Shown: positions 47,727 through 57,399 of the stretch, piece after piece | How positions within the stretch are numbered: the first letter of the stretch is position 1 | Layout: every line of letters starts with the position of its first letter | DNA from: Candidatus Thorarchaeota archaeon | GTDB lineage: Archaea > Asgardarchaeota > Thorarchaeia > Thorarchaeales > Thorarchaeaceae | Assembly (NCBI GenBank): GCA_020348985.1 | Contig: CP070761.1 | Location: forward strand, 1,127,093 to 1,191,092 | Direction of reading: 5' to 3' | DNA: 64,000 bases | Translations under genes and position numbers: made by a program | Notes under the pieces: model-generated | What the model was told of the DNA's origin: nothing | The model's database searches: none | The model's input: the letters and a program-made list of their open reading frames with translations, nothing else

Positions 47727-48716
47727 TCAACGGCGTCTTACTATGACTGCAACGACTAACACGATTCCTACTGACACTACAGCTACAGTAACGCCTGGGT
47801 CTGGAATCGACAATTCAGTGTTATTGTCAACTGTACCACCATCCGTGGGACTAGTGGGTATTGAAATGGTGGTGGTGGTGGTTGTTGTAGGGACAATGAG
47901 AGATTCGTCAACCAACCATCTGGATACCCTAAGCATAAGATCCCATTCGCTGTCCGGATCATCTAGTTCGTCCCAATTGTCGGTGCCATCACGGGCGTCA
48001 CCTTCCTCGTACTCCGGATGTGGACTAGACAAGAAGACAGTCCCGTACTCATACTTGAACGCAATCATGGCAGGTAGACCGTTTCGTGGATATGACATGA
48101 CAGTGATTATCTCAGACATGTCATCGGAATCGAAGTAGGCTGAATTCCAGAACATAGTTGTGTAATTCGCAGGGAGGTCGGAAAGTTCAGGCCCGGTTGA
48201 GTTGTGATTGACTGTCATCTCGGTTAGGTAAGTCCCTATGCTATAGCCAGGATTTTCCGACACATAGGATCCATTGAACAGACCGATTCGGCCCCTTGTG
48301 CCTAGTAGCGACCCGCCACATATTCCGAAATACGAGCCACCGTTAGCCACAAACTGACGAATTGCTTCCATTCCCTCGACCCCAAGATATATCGCATAGG
48401 ACCCAGTGGAACCACCTGGTACTGCTAGTATGTCATACTCGTCAAGAATCCCATTCTTTATCTCAGTTGAGTTGACATAGCTCACATTTGCATTCATCCA
48501 GCCAAACATGGCATTGAGTGCAGCTGTGCTGTCTTCAAGGGTGCCTCGATCGCTGTATACTGCAACCTTAACATCCATGAGATCTGCAGAAGTATATGAC
48601 TGAGCCATCGAGTCTTGAATACCGATTGGACTAAGGACGGTCACTAGAAGAATAGTCAACAGTAGCAAAGGGTCTCTTCGCACATTCAGCTTCGGCCAAG
48701 GGAAACTCATCGTCAA
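47727..48716 (-). CDS. Surface-anchored BPL_N (class I GATase-like) domain protein
   Basis: VPGG, FVANGGSYFGICGG, SPHPE; signal peptide, Thr-rich linker, C-terminal TM + RRR. Confidence 0.78.
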   Translation of the reverse strand: MTMSFPWPKLNVRRDPLLLLTILLVTVLSPIGIQDSMAQSYTSADLMDVKVAVYSDRGTLEDSTAALNAMFGWMNANVSYVNSTEIKNGILDEYDILAVPGGSTGSYAIYLGVEGMEAIRQFVANGGSYFGICGGSLLGTRGRIGLFNGSYVSENPGYSIGTYLTEMTVNHNSTGPELSDLPANYTTMFWNSAYFDSDDMSEIITVMSYPRNGLPAMIAFKYEYGTVFLSSPHPEYEEGDARDGTDNWDELDDPDSEWDLMLRVSRWLVDESLIVPTTTTTTTISIPTSPTDGGTVDNNTELSIPDPGVTVAVVSVGIVLVVAVIVRRR

Positions 48717-48885
48717 CGCCTCATATTGGTTCCGAGAGTAGCAGTGACGTGCTATAATAGACTGAGTTTCAGCGCAAACTCTTCACTGCAAGTGGAACTT
48801 GTTCTGAAAAGGAGCCTTTGACTCCATTTGCGCCTGTTTCTAAAACATTATACATTTTCGTTCAGCCTATACGTCGGGGATTGTC

Positions 48886-49131
48886 ATGCTGATGATCTAT
48901 CTCACAGTTGTAGTGGCTGTATTCGCCCTTGCATCTTACTTCTATGGCTTCGTTGCTGAACGGAGACATGGAAACTGGATTGCAAGGAACAGTACGGGAA
49001 GGGGGTCAATCCCGCACCAGGACGACCCTTGGTCGCTCATCCTCTTCGATTGTGATTTCGGAGCATCTGCTCAGACTAGCGGCCCTGCAAGGACATTGAA
49101 GATCTCAGGACTGGACAAGGCCCAGCATTGA
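48886..49131 (+). CDS. Hypothetical small protein with N-terminal TM
   Basis: ORF fills intergenic gap; hydrophobic N-terminus. Confidence 0.4.
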   Translation: MLMIYLTVVVAVFALASYFYGFVAERRHGNWIARNSTGRGSIPHQDDPWSLILFDCDFGASAQTSGPARTLKISGLDKAQH

Positions 49132-49149
49132 GATTACAGTAGCGGGGAC

Positions 49150-49167
49150 TTGGAACACGTGTTCCAA
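49150..49167. repeat. Perfect 18-bp palindrome between convergent genes
   Basis: TTGGAACACGTGTTCCAA. Confidence 0.5.
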
Positions 49168-49171
49168 ATGC

Positions 49172-50098
49172 CTAGGCGTCAGCCATTATTTCGATTTGAT
49201 TTATTGTGTCACTGAGTCCCTCTCTATAGCTTGGGTACTTCAGTTGCCAGCCAAGTTCGCGCTTAGCCTTCTCGTTCGAAACGACACAGTCCATTTTCAT
49301 CGTTTCCATCAGTTCTTTTCCAATGACAAGCCTACCAATGAAGCCAGGAATTGTACGAACCTTGGATATTCCCATGCACTCAGCCATGAATTCAGAGAAC
49401 TCTCTCATAGTGCAAGGTGTGTCGTCAGCAAGAATGTAGGATTCTCCCAGAGGCATCTTGTCTATCGCCAACGCATACGCCTCGGCACAGTCTTCTACGT
49501 GGACTCGGGGAATTCTATTGGCTCCTTCTCCAAACACACCGAACCTGCCTGACTTCATCATCCGGTACATTTGCATGAATTGACCGCCCGGCCCATAGAT
49601 CTGACCTGGAATCATTCTTATGAGAGGCGGACTGCCTTTCTCAATAGCCTTCGCTATCAGACGGTCTACGCCTACCCCAACCTTAGTCAAGCCAAACCTC
49701 TCTATAGGCCAGCTTTCATCAGCTACTTCTCCTGGTCCTGTGCGGTAACTGGTTCCTAAGGTAATGATTACTGGGCATGACAACTCTTCTCCGACAGCTA
49801 GAGATGTAGAGATGAACTGAGTTGTCCGATGCGTGATCTCTTTGATCTTATTCTTAGACATCCGCCCAAACTCTAACGGCATTGCCATGAATATGGCAAT
49901 GTCTTGGGGTGTCAATGATGATAGCAGAGGCTCAGGTTCCAAAAGATCACCAAGAACACCACGAACGCCACTCTCTTCGAGTCTAAGGATTTGAGATTCA
50001 CGCCGTGTGACGACAGTTACGTCGTGGCCTCTCAGAAGCAGCTTGGGAACCAGATAAGATCCTAGAAATCCTGTCCCTCCGAAAACAAGGACTTTCAT
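49172..50098 (-). CDS. NAD-dependent epimerase/dehydratase family protein
   Basis: VFGGTGFLG, IYGPGG, VHVEDCAEA, SNEKAKRELGW. Confidence 0.88.
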   Translation of the reverse strand: MKVLVFGGTGFLGSYLVPKLLLRGHDVTVVTRRESQILRLEESGVRGVLGDLLEPEPLLSSLTPQDIAIFMAMPLEFGRMSKNKIKEITHRTTQFISTSLAVGEELSCPVIITLGTSYRTGPGEVADESWPIERFGLTKVGVGVDRLIAKAIEKGSPPLIRMIPGQIYGPGGQFMQMYRMMKSGRFGVFGEGANRIPRVHVEDCAEAYALAIDKMPLGESYILADDTPCTMREFSEFMAECMGISKVRTIPGFIGRLVIGKELMETMKMDCVVSNEKAKRELGWQLKYPSYREGLSDTINQIEIMADA

Positions 50099-50169
50099 TT
50101 TGCAAGTCTCCGGTCGAACTCAACTTCAATAGCAGATAAGGAATTGGGGCAAAGCAAAGTCACCATGAC

Positions 50170-50567
50170 TTAACGAGACACGGGGCTTCTAGGAGAGCTG
50201 TCGCCAAAACCGTGCTCCTCAATCTCTTTCCATTCCCCTCTCGACTTGAGGTATTCGGCCCTCTCTCCGGCGTCACGCATCTCAGCAATAGCTCCGATGT
50301 ATTCTCCTGAAGAACTTCTAGTGGGTGTTATGTATTCAAACAGGATTCTTCCAGCGAAGTGAACGAAACCACCGTATTGATCCAGTTCCCCACGCTTCAT
50401 GTCATAAATCATCTTTAGAGCGCCAGACTCGGCCCTCTCTGGATGGCATCGAAAAATGGATGTTCCAAACTTGGAATCTGGTTCTTGTTGTCTTGGTGAA
50501 TGACGACCACTCCAACCTCAAGGGCCTCTACAACTCTCTCCAAGTAATCATGTGTCAAATCCAACAT
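50170..50567 (-). pseudogene. Frameshifted PAS-domain (CHP-motif) gene
   Basis: Frame A LEVGVVVIHQD; frame B QQEPDSKFGTSIFRCHPERAESGALKMIYDM...; switch near 50490. Confidence 0.6.
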
Positions 50568-50659
50568 GAATACTAGGCGCATTTGAGATGGACTCGGCTT
50601 TCCGTCAAATATCACTAGTGGTTTGAGTTACAGTAAGCCTGTGAAGAAACAGACTTTGT

Positions 50660-51022
50660 TTAGTCACATCCACCTGTCTTCAAAACAATAATTCTGCATT
50701 CTTCGGCGATGTCTCCAAAGGCCTGGTGGAAGTACTTGGCAGAGTCGTTCAGACCCTTCTTGCCCGCATCAGTTAATGTGTAGACCTTCTGTCTACCAGA
50801 CTTTTCACCCTGGATTAGGCCACGTTCTTCTAGATCTTTCAGGGCGGGGTATATTGTACCTGGAGTTGGCTTTGTTCCACGCCTCTCAGCTATTCTGTCT
50901 GCTATTTGCTGGCCGTTTAGAGGCTCCTTACCCAGTTCCCACAGGATTTGGAACGTGAGCATTCCCCTCATGTCACAACAATCTGGTGGACAACATTTCT
51001 CGGACATGGAATCATCTGCCAT
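50660..51022 (-). CDS. PadR-family transcriptional regulator with N-terminal CCPPDCC motif
   Basis: PTPGTIYPALKDLEERGLI..KVYTLT..G. Confidence 0.88.
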   Translation of the reverse strand: MADDSMSEKCCPPDCCDMRGMLTFQILWELGKEPLNGQQIADRIAERRGTKPTPGTIYPALKDLEERGLIQGEKSGRQKVYTLTDAGKKGLNDSAKYFHQAFGDIAEECRIIVLKTGGCD

Positions 51023-51025
51023 ATC

Positions 51026-51088
51026 ATGTATTGGATATCCGATACATTTAAATCTAATTATCTGATGTCCAATATTGGACAACCAATA
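51026..51088. promoter_or_regulatory. Three inverted-repeat operator boxes between divergent padR and arsM operon
   Basis: TATTGGATATCCGATA, TATCTGATGTCCAATA, TATTGGACAACCAATA. Confidence 0.65.
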
Positions 51089-51102
51089 TATTAGGTGATT
51101 CA

Positions 51103-51249
51103 ATGAGAGCAGAAAAAGAAAAGCAAACTGCGGTTGAAGCTGATGCAGCTGATACTAAGGCAGATGTAGAGAAGGCGATTGAGAGGATTTCCACTCGATC
51201 TGAAGATACAGAAAGTCCTCAGTCAAGTGGCGGACGCTGTTGTGGATAA
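51103..51249 (+). CDS. Small acidic 48-aa protein ending in RCCG (putative metalloid-binding peptide)
   Basis: GGTGA RBS; MRAEKEKQTAVEADAADTKADVEKAIERISTRSEDTESPQSSGGRCCG; directly upstream of arsM. Confidence 0.65.
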   Translation: MRAEKEKQTAVEADAADTKADVEKAIERISTRSEDTESPQSSGGRCCG

Positions 51250-51262
51250 CAGAGGTGCCACT

Positions 51263-52048
51263 ATGACTGAAACGAGAAAAGTAAGTGAGATGTCCTCTGA
51301 GGAAATCAAAGGGGAAGTCAGGAAGGCATACTCTAGAGTCGCCGGAAGAAAAGCTGAGGAACAGAGTGACCGACAGGCAAGCGGCTGTTGTGGTCCTGAG
51401 ACAACGTCCTCATGTGGACCTTCTAGTTCTCTACTAGATTCCATGGGCTACGATACCGAAGGGCTTCCTAGTTCCGCAACGGAATCCTTCGCAGGATGTG
51501 GAAACCCTGTAGCTTTGGCGTCTTTGAGAGCTGGTGAGACCGTCCTAGATTTGGGAAGCGGAGCTGGTCTTGACGTCTTTATGGCCGCCAGACAGGTCGG
51601 AGAGACAGGGCGTGTTATAGGCATTGACATGACCCCAGCTATGTTGGAGAAGGCAAGGATGAATGTTGAGAAAATCGGGTTGACCAATGTTGAATTCAGG
51701 GAAGGTGACATAGAGAACCTTCCTGTTGATGACGACTCAATTGACGTGATAATCAGCAACTGTGTGATCAACCTCGCCCCCGACAAAGCCAAGGTGTTTC
51801 GTGAGTCTTTCAGGGTCCTAAGACCCGGAGGCCGATTGATGGTCTCTGACATAGTTCTAGAAGTAGGTCTTCCCACGGGATTCCGCGACGAGATCGCAAC
51901 CTATACTGGCTGTATAGGCGGAGCCATTTCTGAAGACGAATACCTACAACACATTCGAGATGCAGGATTCGAAAATGTAGAGGTGGTCTCAAAGGCTGGA
52001 TTCGGATATGCATCAAGTGCCAAGATTGCAGCCTACAAGCCCAATTAG
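51263..52048 (+). CDS. arsM: Arsenite S-adenosylmethyltransferase
   Basis: GCCG, FAGCGNP, LDLGSGAG, ISNCVINL, GCIGGA. Confidence 0.9.
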   Translation: MTETRKVSEMSSEEIKGEVRKAYSRVAGRKAEEQSDRQASGCCGPETTSSCGPSSSLLDSMGYDTEGLPSSATESFAGCGNPVALASLRAGETVLDLGSGAGLDVFMAARQVGETGRVIGIDMTPAMLEKARMNVEKIGLTNVEFREGDIENLPVDDDSIDVIISNCVINLAPDKAKVFRESFRVLRPGGRLMVSDIVLEVGLPTGFRDEIATYTGCIGGAISEDEYLQHIRDAGFENVEVVSKAGFGYASSAKIAAYKPN

Positions 52049-52062
52049 GGCGACAGATCTAA

Positions 52063-52083
52063 GGAGGAGCCGAACGCTCCTCC
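52063..52083. terminator. Hairpin downstream of arsM
   Basis: GGAGGAGC-CGAAC-GCTCCTCC followed by an A-tract. Confidence 0.4.
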
Positions 52084-52314
52084 GTCAAAAAGAAAATTCA
52101 AGGAGAAGTTGTACTCGATATGAATAACTCAAGTGGACCCTTTCCCAACACGATAGAGAAGAAGGAAAGAGAACTAGAGACTCCAAGCTGTCCGATTAAG
52201 AGAAATAACAGTGGCGCTTGTTTCACCGACTATCTGAAAGAGACTCCTTTCAGTTCTGATGTAGTGTGAGAGGGGTCTTGTCGGCTTGTTTGTCACTACG
52301 AGCAAGCTGATTTC

Positions 52315-53481
52315 CTAATTGAAGTCTCGTAACAAGCTGCTCATTCTCTTCAGCGTCAATAACGCCATTGCCTCTCCGTTTTTCCAGTCCCATGGTCCTA
52401 GACCACATTCCGGTCCCGCAAACGGAACTCGTTCCACTCCGTAGAGTTTGATGTTTTCTCTCAGGTACTTTTCCATTTCTTGGACCGATTGTAGATAGGA
52501 CTGGAAATCGCCAGAGAGAATTCTCTGCCAAGCTGCTTTGACATCTTCACCCTTGTCGATAGTAGGGCCGTCAGTTCGAACGATAGCAGCCCTTACGAAC
52601 TTGTCATAGTCTTCCAACCACTTGCCGCTGACATAGACTCCAACATGTGCTTCCAATAGATTCCAGTTGGCATTGAAGGCCTGTTCAAATGGTGAAGCGT
52701 GAAGATGGATTCCTCTGTAGCAGTCGGATGGGACTTCATCGTAGATGCTATTCCAACAAGATATGAGGTGCTCCAATCTTGCATCAGACTTCGTGTCGGT
52801 GAAGAAGTCTCCCACTCCTTCGAGACCAAAAGCAGGCTCATCAATCGTTATCACAGCAGGAGTAAGATGTCCGGTATTAACAAGCGAGCCTTTCACAAAC
52901 AATCTTACAACTTCTGTGAAGAACTCAACCAGCTTCTCGTCGTACGTCCTAGGAAATTCCGCAAGTCTCTGAAGATTCAGGGCAAGTTCAAGCGGACCGG
53001 TTATGCATGATTTGTAGGAGATTTCGTCAACACCTAGACGCTTGGTGAGCTCTCTCTCACTCCTTTGTAGAGCCGTAATCTCCGCGATTTTCAGCTCAGG
53101 CCCAGTCCCGAGATCTTGTCCTGTGGCCGCAGCAATCGCGACTGACTGCGCGGCCTCCTTCGGAATTCCACCAAAGCTCACCGTGGTACTGGTTTGGGTC
53201 TGCGTCGATGAGGTTGTCCTTCCAATCACTGGGAGGAGAAACTGATCTATCATTCCTCTGCATTGAGCATAGCAGACAACTGCGCTCTCCGGCCCCAATG
53301 CATCAGCCTTCGCAAGGAATGTATCATTGTGTTTTGATATGAAGTACTCCGAGTCTTCGGATTCAGTTTCGCCGACGCCCATCTCAATTGTGTATGCTCC
53401 TCGCAGATACCGTTCCATATCTGCATCCAGGGGAAAGCTACCTACCTCGATGGCACGAAGACTGCCAGAATCCCTGCTCAC
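52315..53481 (-). CDS. MetE-like (cobalamin-independent methionine synthase core/UROD-MetE superfamily) protein
   Basis: VGSFP, CITGPLEL, IDEP, GPECGLG. Confidence 0.65.
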   Translation of the reverse strand: MSRDSGSLRAIEVGSFPLDADMERYLRGAYTIEMGVGETESEDSEYFISKHNDTFLAKADALGPESAVVCYAQCRGMIDQFLLPVIGRTTSSTQTQTSTTVSFGGIPKEAAQSVAIAAATGQDLGTGPELKIAEITALQRSERELTKRLGVDEISYKSCITGPLELALNLQRLAEFPRTYDEKLVEFFTEVVRLFVKGSLVNTGHLTPAVITIDEPAFGLEGVGDFFTDTKSDARLEHLISCWNSIYDEVPSDCYRGIHLHASPFEQAFNANWNLLEAHVGVYVSGKWLEDYDKFVRAAIVRTDGPTIDKGEDVKAAWQRILSGDFQSYLQSVQEMEKYLRENIKLYGVERVPFAGPECGLGPWDWKNGEAMALLTLKRMSSLLRDFN

Positions 53482-53578
53482 TGTGTGTACCTCCTTGGTT
53501 CTAACTCCGAGTGCATTGTGTCTTAAGGTAGTTACTTCATGCCAAAGGGAGCGCGCTCACGGAACCCTGTCGAGGACT

Positions 53579-54166
53579 TCAGTCTGACATAGAGTCGTGC
53601 TTGAGTCGCTTTCCGACTTGGAATGCATCAGCTAATCTGTCCCCTAAGGTCCAGTAGGAATTGTCAGGCATAGTCAAAACAAACGGGTTAGCTTTCAATG
53701 GGTCGATTTTTCCATCTGTGAGAAATCTTTCCTCGGTATGAGCAGCAACAATCTCTCCTAGAACTAGTGCCGTTGACGGGAGATCAACAATGTCGAAAAC
53801 CTTGCATTCAACTGCTAGAGGACACTCTCCAATCATTGGTGCATTCGTCAGCTTTCCATAGAAGATGTTGAAGAGCTTGGACTTGTCCGCGTTTCTTCCT
53901 GATACTATCCCACAATAGTCTACTTTCTCTACTAGGTCAGCGCTTGGAATATTAATGCTGAAGACTTGATGTTCCTTGATTCCTTCTAGCGTGTATTGCT
54001 TCTTTCCTATAGCGACTCCCCAAAGCGGCGGACTTCCGTTTAGCCGGTTCATCCATGCGGCTGTCAAGAAATTGGGCTTGTCATTGACTGTCGCTCCAAC
54101 TAGCACAACCTGCATTGGATAGGGGGAGATTCGGGGAGGTATCTCTATCTTTGACAGCAAATACAT
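53579..54166 (-). CDS. Flavin reductase family protein
   Basis: PMQVVLVG, FSINIP, CGIVSGRNADK, ECPLAVECK. Confidence 0.88.
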   Translation of the reverse strand: MYLLSKIEIPPRISPYPMQVVLVGATVNDKPNFLTAAWMNRLNGSPPLWGVAIGKKQYTLEGIKEHQVFSINIPSADLVEKVDYCGIVSGRNADKSKLFNIFYGKLTNAPMIGECPLAVECKVFDIVDLPSTALVLGEIVAAHTEERFLTDGKIDPLKANPFVLTMPDNSYWTLGDRLADAFQVGKRLKHDSMSD

Positions 54167-54252
54167 CACCTCATGACCAACTAAGACCAAGTGTCGTATA
54201 GGACGTCCAACAATTATAAGGCTAGCTTTCTGCGAAAGCGTTTGCCTATGCT

Positions 54253-54936
54253 TCAGGCTGCGTAAGTGTCCGCAAAAGCTGTCTCTGTTGGGAGAATCTT
54301 AGATCTCAGGGAGTTGTAAGTCAAACCAACCGAGAGGAGCGTCGCCGAGAGAATGTTGAATGTATCAGAGAGAAAGCCCCAACCTGCAACGGCAAGAGAA
54401 AGCCGTGCTGCTTGGCTGATGAAGATTAGAATCAGCGCAAGCAAAATCAGATCACTTCGGACTTCTCTGAGTCTCTTGGTCTTCCATGTGACAAAGAATG
54501 TGGCCATCATCGCAAACGTGAAGACGAATAGCAGTGGGATTAGTAATCCAAGAACGAGTGCTTCAGTTGGTGCAAAAAGCGAAACAACAACCCAGTAGAT
54601 CATGGTCGAAAACAGAATGTGAGGATGATAGCGGGATAGACGCTGTAGCCAAATGACAACCATGATGACCTCCATCGGGATTACTGCCCCTCCAATAAGC
54701 AACGCTCTGATTCTAAGCACTTCCAACGTATCTGGCAAGACATTCATGGCGGTCAAGTATTGGACTGAGAGATTCATTGCAGTAGCCAAGAGTGTTATTC
54801 CGAACATTAGGGGAAGGTCGGTAAGAATCCGCCCCTCCTGTCGAAACCAGAATCTTAGCAAGAATAGTGCTGCCAGGACAGACAGTATAACACCAAATGG
54901 CCCAGTCACGTTTTCGAGAGCGATAGCCTGATACAT
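54253..54936 (-). CDS. Hypothetical 7-TM membrane protein
   Basis: Seven hydrophobic segments from MYQAIAL; upstream extension overlaps the divergent gene. Confidence 0.6.
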   Translation of the reverse strand: MYQAIALENVTGPFGVILSVLAALFLLRFWFRQEGRILTDLPLMFGITLLATAMNLSVQYLTAMNVLPDTLEVLRIRALLIGGAVIPMEVIMVVIWLQRLSRYHPHILFSTMIYWVVVSLFAPTEALVLGLLIPLLFVFTFAMMATFFVTWKTKRLREVRSDLILLALILIFISQAARLSLAVAGWGFLSDTFNILSATLLSVGLTYNSLRSKILPTETAFADTYAA

Positions 54937-55072
54937 CACATTTCGACCATAATGATTGGCTTTTCGGCCTACATAAGGCCCACCAAATTCTGGATAAAAG
55001 ATGTCAAAATCGTAACAGACTGGTTGCACAGATATCAAAAGGCGCGGATAGTCCAAGAGGTTGGTGTCATTC

Positions 55073-55816
55073 ATGGTTGATAGACTTGCAGTGATATCGG
55101 ACATTCATGGAAACCGCTGGGCACTGGAAGTGGTACTTGAAGAGATTCATGAATTAGATGTGGATTGCATTGTCAACCTTGGTGATAGTCTGTACGGTCC
55201 GCTAGATCCTTCAGGGACATTCGAAATCCTTCTGGATAGGGGAATCATGACTGTCGCGGGAAATGAAGATCGAATAATCTCAGACTCTAGTATTGACCCG
55301 GGGGCGAGGCCAACACTAGAGTATGTACGTGGAGAATTGGACAGTCGAGCAATTGCGTGGTTAGAAGGCCTACCAGCAACAGCTAGGATTGAGTATGCAT
55401 TTGCCTTTCATGGGACGCCAATGAAAGATGATGAATACCTACTGGAGAAGGTCAGTGATAGGAGAGTCTCAATGCGATCGCTAGATGAAGTTGCGGCTAT
55501 GGTTTCAGGCATCCAGAATCGTCTGATCCTTTGCGGTCATAGCCATCAACCAAACACCATACTGCTGGAAAGCGGCCAGGTAGTTGTGAATCCGGGTAGC
55601 GTTGGTCTCCAAGCCTACACAGATGATACGCCCTTTCCTCACATGATGGAGACTGGGATTCCTCATGCTCAATATTCCATAGTTGAGCTCGATGGCGAGG
55701 ATGTAGAGATTGGGAATCTTACCGTCTCATATGACTGGGATGCTGCTGCATCTCAAGCAGTTGAACAAGGCCGCTCCGATTGGGCTGATTGGCTTCGAAC
55801 GGGCAAAGCAGACTAG
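55073..55816 (+). CDS. Metallophosphoesterase family protein
   Basis: SDIHGN, NLGD, GNED, FHG, CGHSH, NPGSVG. Confidence 0.9.
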   Translation: MVDRLAVISDIHGNRWALEVVLEEIHELDVDCIVNLGDSLYGPLDPSGTFEILLDRGIMTVAGNEDRIISDSSIDPGARPTLEYVRGELDSRAIAWLEGLPATARIEYAFAFHGTPMKDDEYLLEKVSDRRVSMRSLDEVAAMVSGIQNRLILCGHSHQPNTILLESGQVVVNPGSVGLQAYTDDTPFPHMMETGIPHAQYSIVELDGEDVEIGNLTVSYDWDAAASQAVEQGRSDWADWLRTGKAD

Positions 55817-56778
55817 GCCTCACTAAGCTTCACGTCAATGAGAGTAAGGCCCCTTTGCTTCATTCTGTCATTCATTGCTTGCTCACTCTTCCGTAATGTC
55901 AGCTCGTATGAGATCATGGAAATCGAAATTGGTGCTACTGCGATCAGCGGTGCAAACAGTACGACGACTACAGGAAGGATGTAGAAAACAATGGGTATCT
56001 CAATGCTGCCCGAAAGTGAGCTGAACCAGGAAACGATGTGCACAGAAGCTAGTAAGTAGGCAAGAAGTGTAGAAATCCCTGCTAAACCCTTGAGAAACTT
56101 GAGATACGAATTGCAGACCCCCTCAATGTCCGCAGTCTGAGGTGTGCCCTCAATGTCTCTTTCACAGATGATTCTCAAATCCTCCAGAAACCAAGCGGGA
56201 GCAAAGAAGATCACAATGATGCAAGACAGCAGGAGGAGAATGAAGAATAGCGGCATGCTAATTGCAAGAGGTTGTCTGAACTCTGCTGCAATCGAATCGA
56301 AACTCTCTGTCACAAAAATGAAATCTGCTATACTGGGAATGTTCGACAGAGTAGAAGATATACCCAGTGCCGCAAATGCAGGAATAATGGAGCGGCCCAA
56401 GGAGGCTTTTCTGTGAACACGCCCCTCAATCTTCTGGATATAGTAACGGTAACTGCCCCCTGCCAGAATGCGGTGTCCTGCAAGGATAACAAGTGAAAGC
56501 CTCGGTACCACGAAATAGACAATGACACTCGTCACGATAGATATTGCATAAATCCAGAGGAAATCAATCAAGATGTCACCGGGAATTGGGCGATAGATCC
56601 CAAGTGGGTTGTCGAATGGAAAGATTCCCTGGTAGCTGAATGTGACAGCAAGAGCTATGGCTACTGCAACGACTACGTGGAGTATCAGCAATGGTATCCA
56701 AGGAATCGTCCTTTCTGGACTTGATTGTGAGAGAACTGAATCTTCAGATGAGACTTCTTCGCTGTCTGATCGCGACAT
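55813..56778 (-). CDS. Hypothetical membrane protein
   Basis: Multiple TMs; stop shares CTAG with the convergent gene. Confidence 0.6.
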   Translation of the reverse strand: MSRSDSEEVSSEDSVLSQSSPERTIPWIPLLILHVVVAVAIALAVTFSYQGIFPFDNPLGIYRPIPGDILIDFLWIYAISIVTSVIVYFVVPRLSLVILAGHRILAGGSYRYYIQKIEGRVHRKASLGRSIIPAFAALGISSTLSNIPSIADFIFVTESFDSIAAEFRQPLAISMPLFFILLLLSCIIVIFFAPAWFLEDLRIICERDIEGTPQTADIEGVCNSYLKFLKGLAGISTLLAYLLASVHIVSWFSSLSGSIEIPIVFYILPVVVVLFAPLIAVAPISISMISYELTLRKSEQAMNDRMKQRGLTLIDVKLSEA

Positions 56779-56952
56779 TGACTCAACCTCGTGTGTGGAT
56801 TGACTGTGCCTCGCTGAAACAGAAAGAAATCGGTTGTCCTACATTTAGCATTATTCGGCATGTAGGAGAAGTAGAGACCTTAGTCAATCGTATTCGTGCG
56901 CCTTCAATCAGACTATTATTCGCTGATTCTCTTGCGAGTCTGGGGTAGTCTA

Positions 56953-57393
56953 GTGTCAAAACAGAGAAGCGAATCTATTGGACGACGCTGGTTTGAGGAA
57001 ATGTGGAGTAAACCAGATCTCAATGTTGCTGATGAGCTAATCCATCCTGATTATGACCCAGATTGGGTTTCAATTGATGCAAAGGGACCGGACCAAGTCA
57101 AACATGAAATCAGATACTTCAGATCAGTGTTTCCGGATCTGGAGTATGAGGTTGTTGAGTCAATTGGAGAGGAAGACAAGGTGTGGATACGTTACATAGC
57201 AAGAGGCACCCAGAAAGGAAACGCCTGGGGATTTGAACCAACTAATAAGATAGTTGAATTCGAGGGCGCCACAATCCTCTATATTGATGCTGAGGGAAAG
57301 GTTGTCAATAGATGGGGAGCTTTCTGTTTCTACGACATTCTTGTCGGTCTGGAGTTGGCCCCCCCGATTTGGGAACTGAGCAAGCGAGACTAA
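56953..57393 (+). CDS. SnoaL-like ester cyclase
   Basis: FRSVFPDL..EEDKV..GTQKG..GFEPTNK. Confidence 0.85.
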   Translation: MSKQRSESIGRRWFEEMWSKPDLNVADELIHPDYDPDWVSIDAKGPDQVKHEIRYFRSVFPDLEYEVVESIGEEDKVWIRYIARGTQKGNAWGFEPTNKIVEFEGATILYIDAEGKVVNRWGAFCFYDILVGLELAPPIWELSKRD

Positions 57394-57399
57394 CTGACT

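Noticed and set aside
47860-47892. GTG/GTT trinucleotide run as a microsatellite
   Set aside because: Encodes the poly-Thr linker of the BPL_N protein
51179-51262. N-terminal extension of ArsM from TTG 51179
   Set aside because: Overlaps the better-supported 48-aa ORF; ATG 51263 has its own GAGGTG RBS
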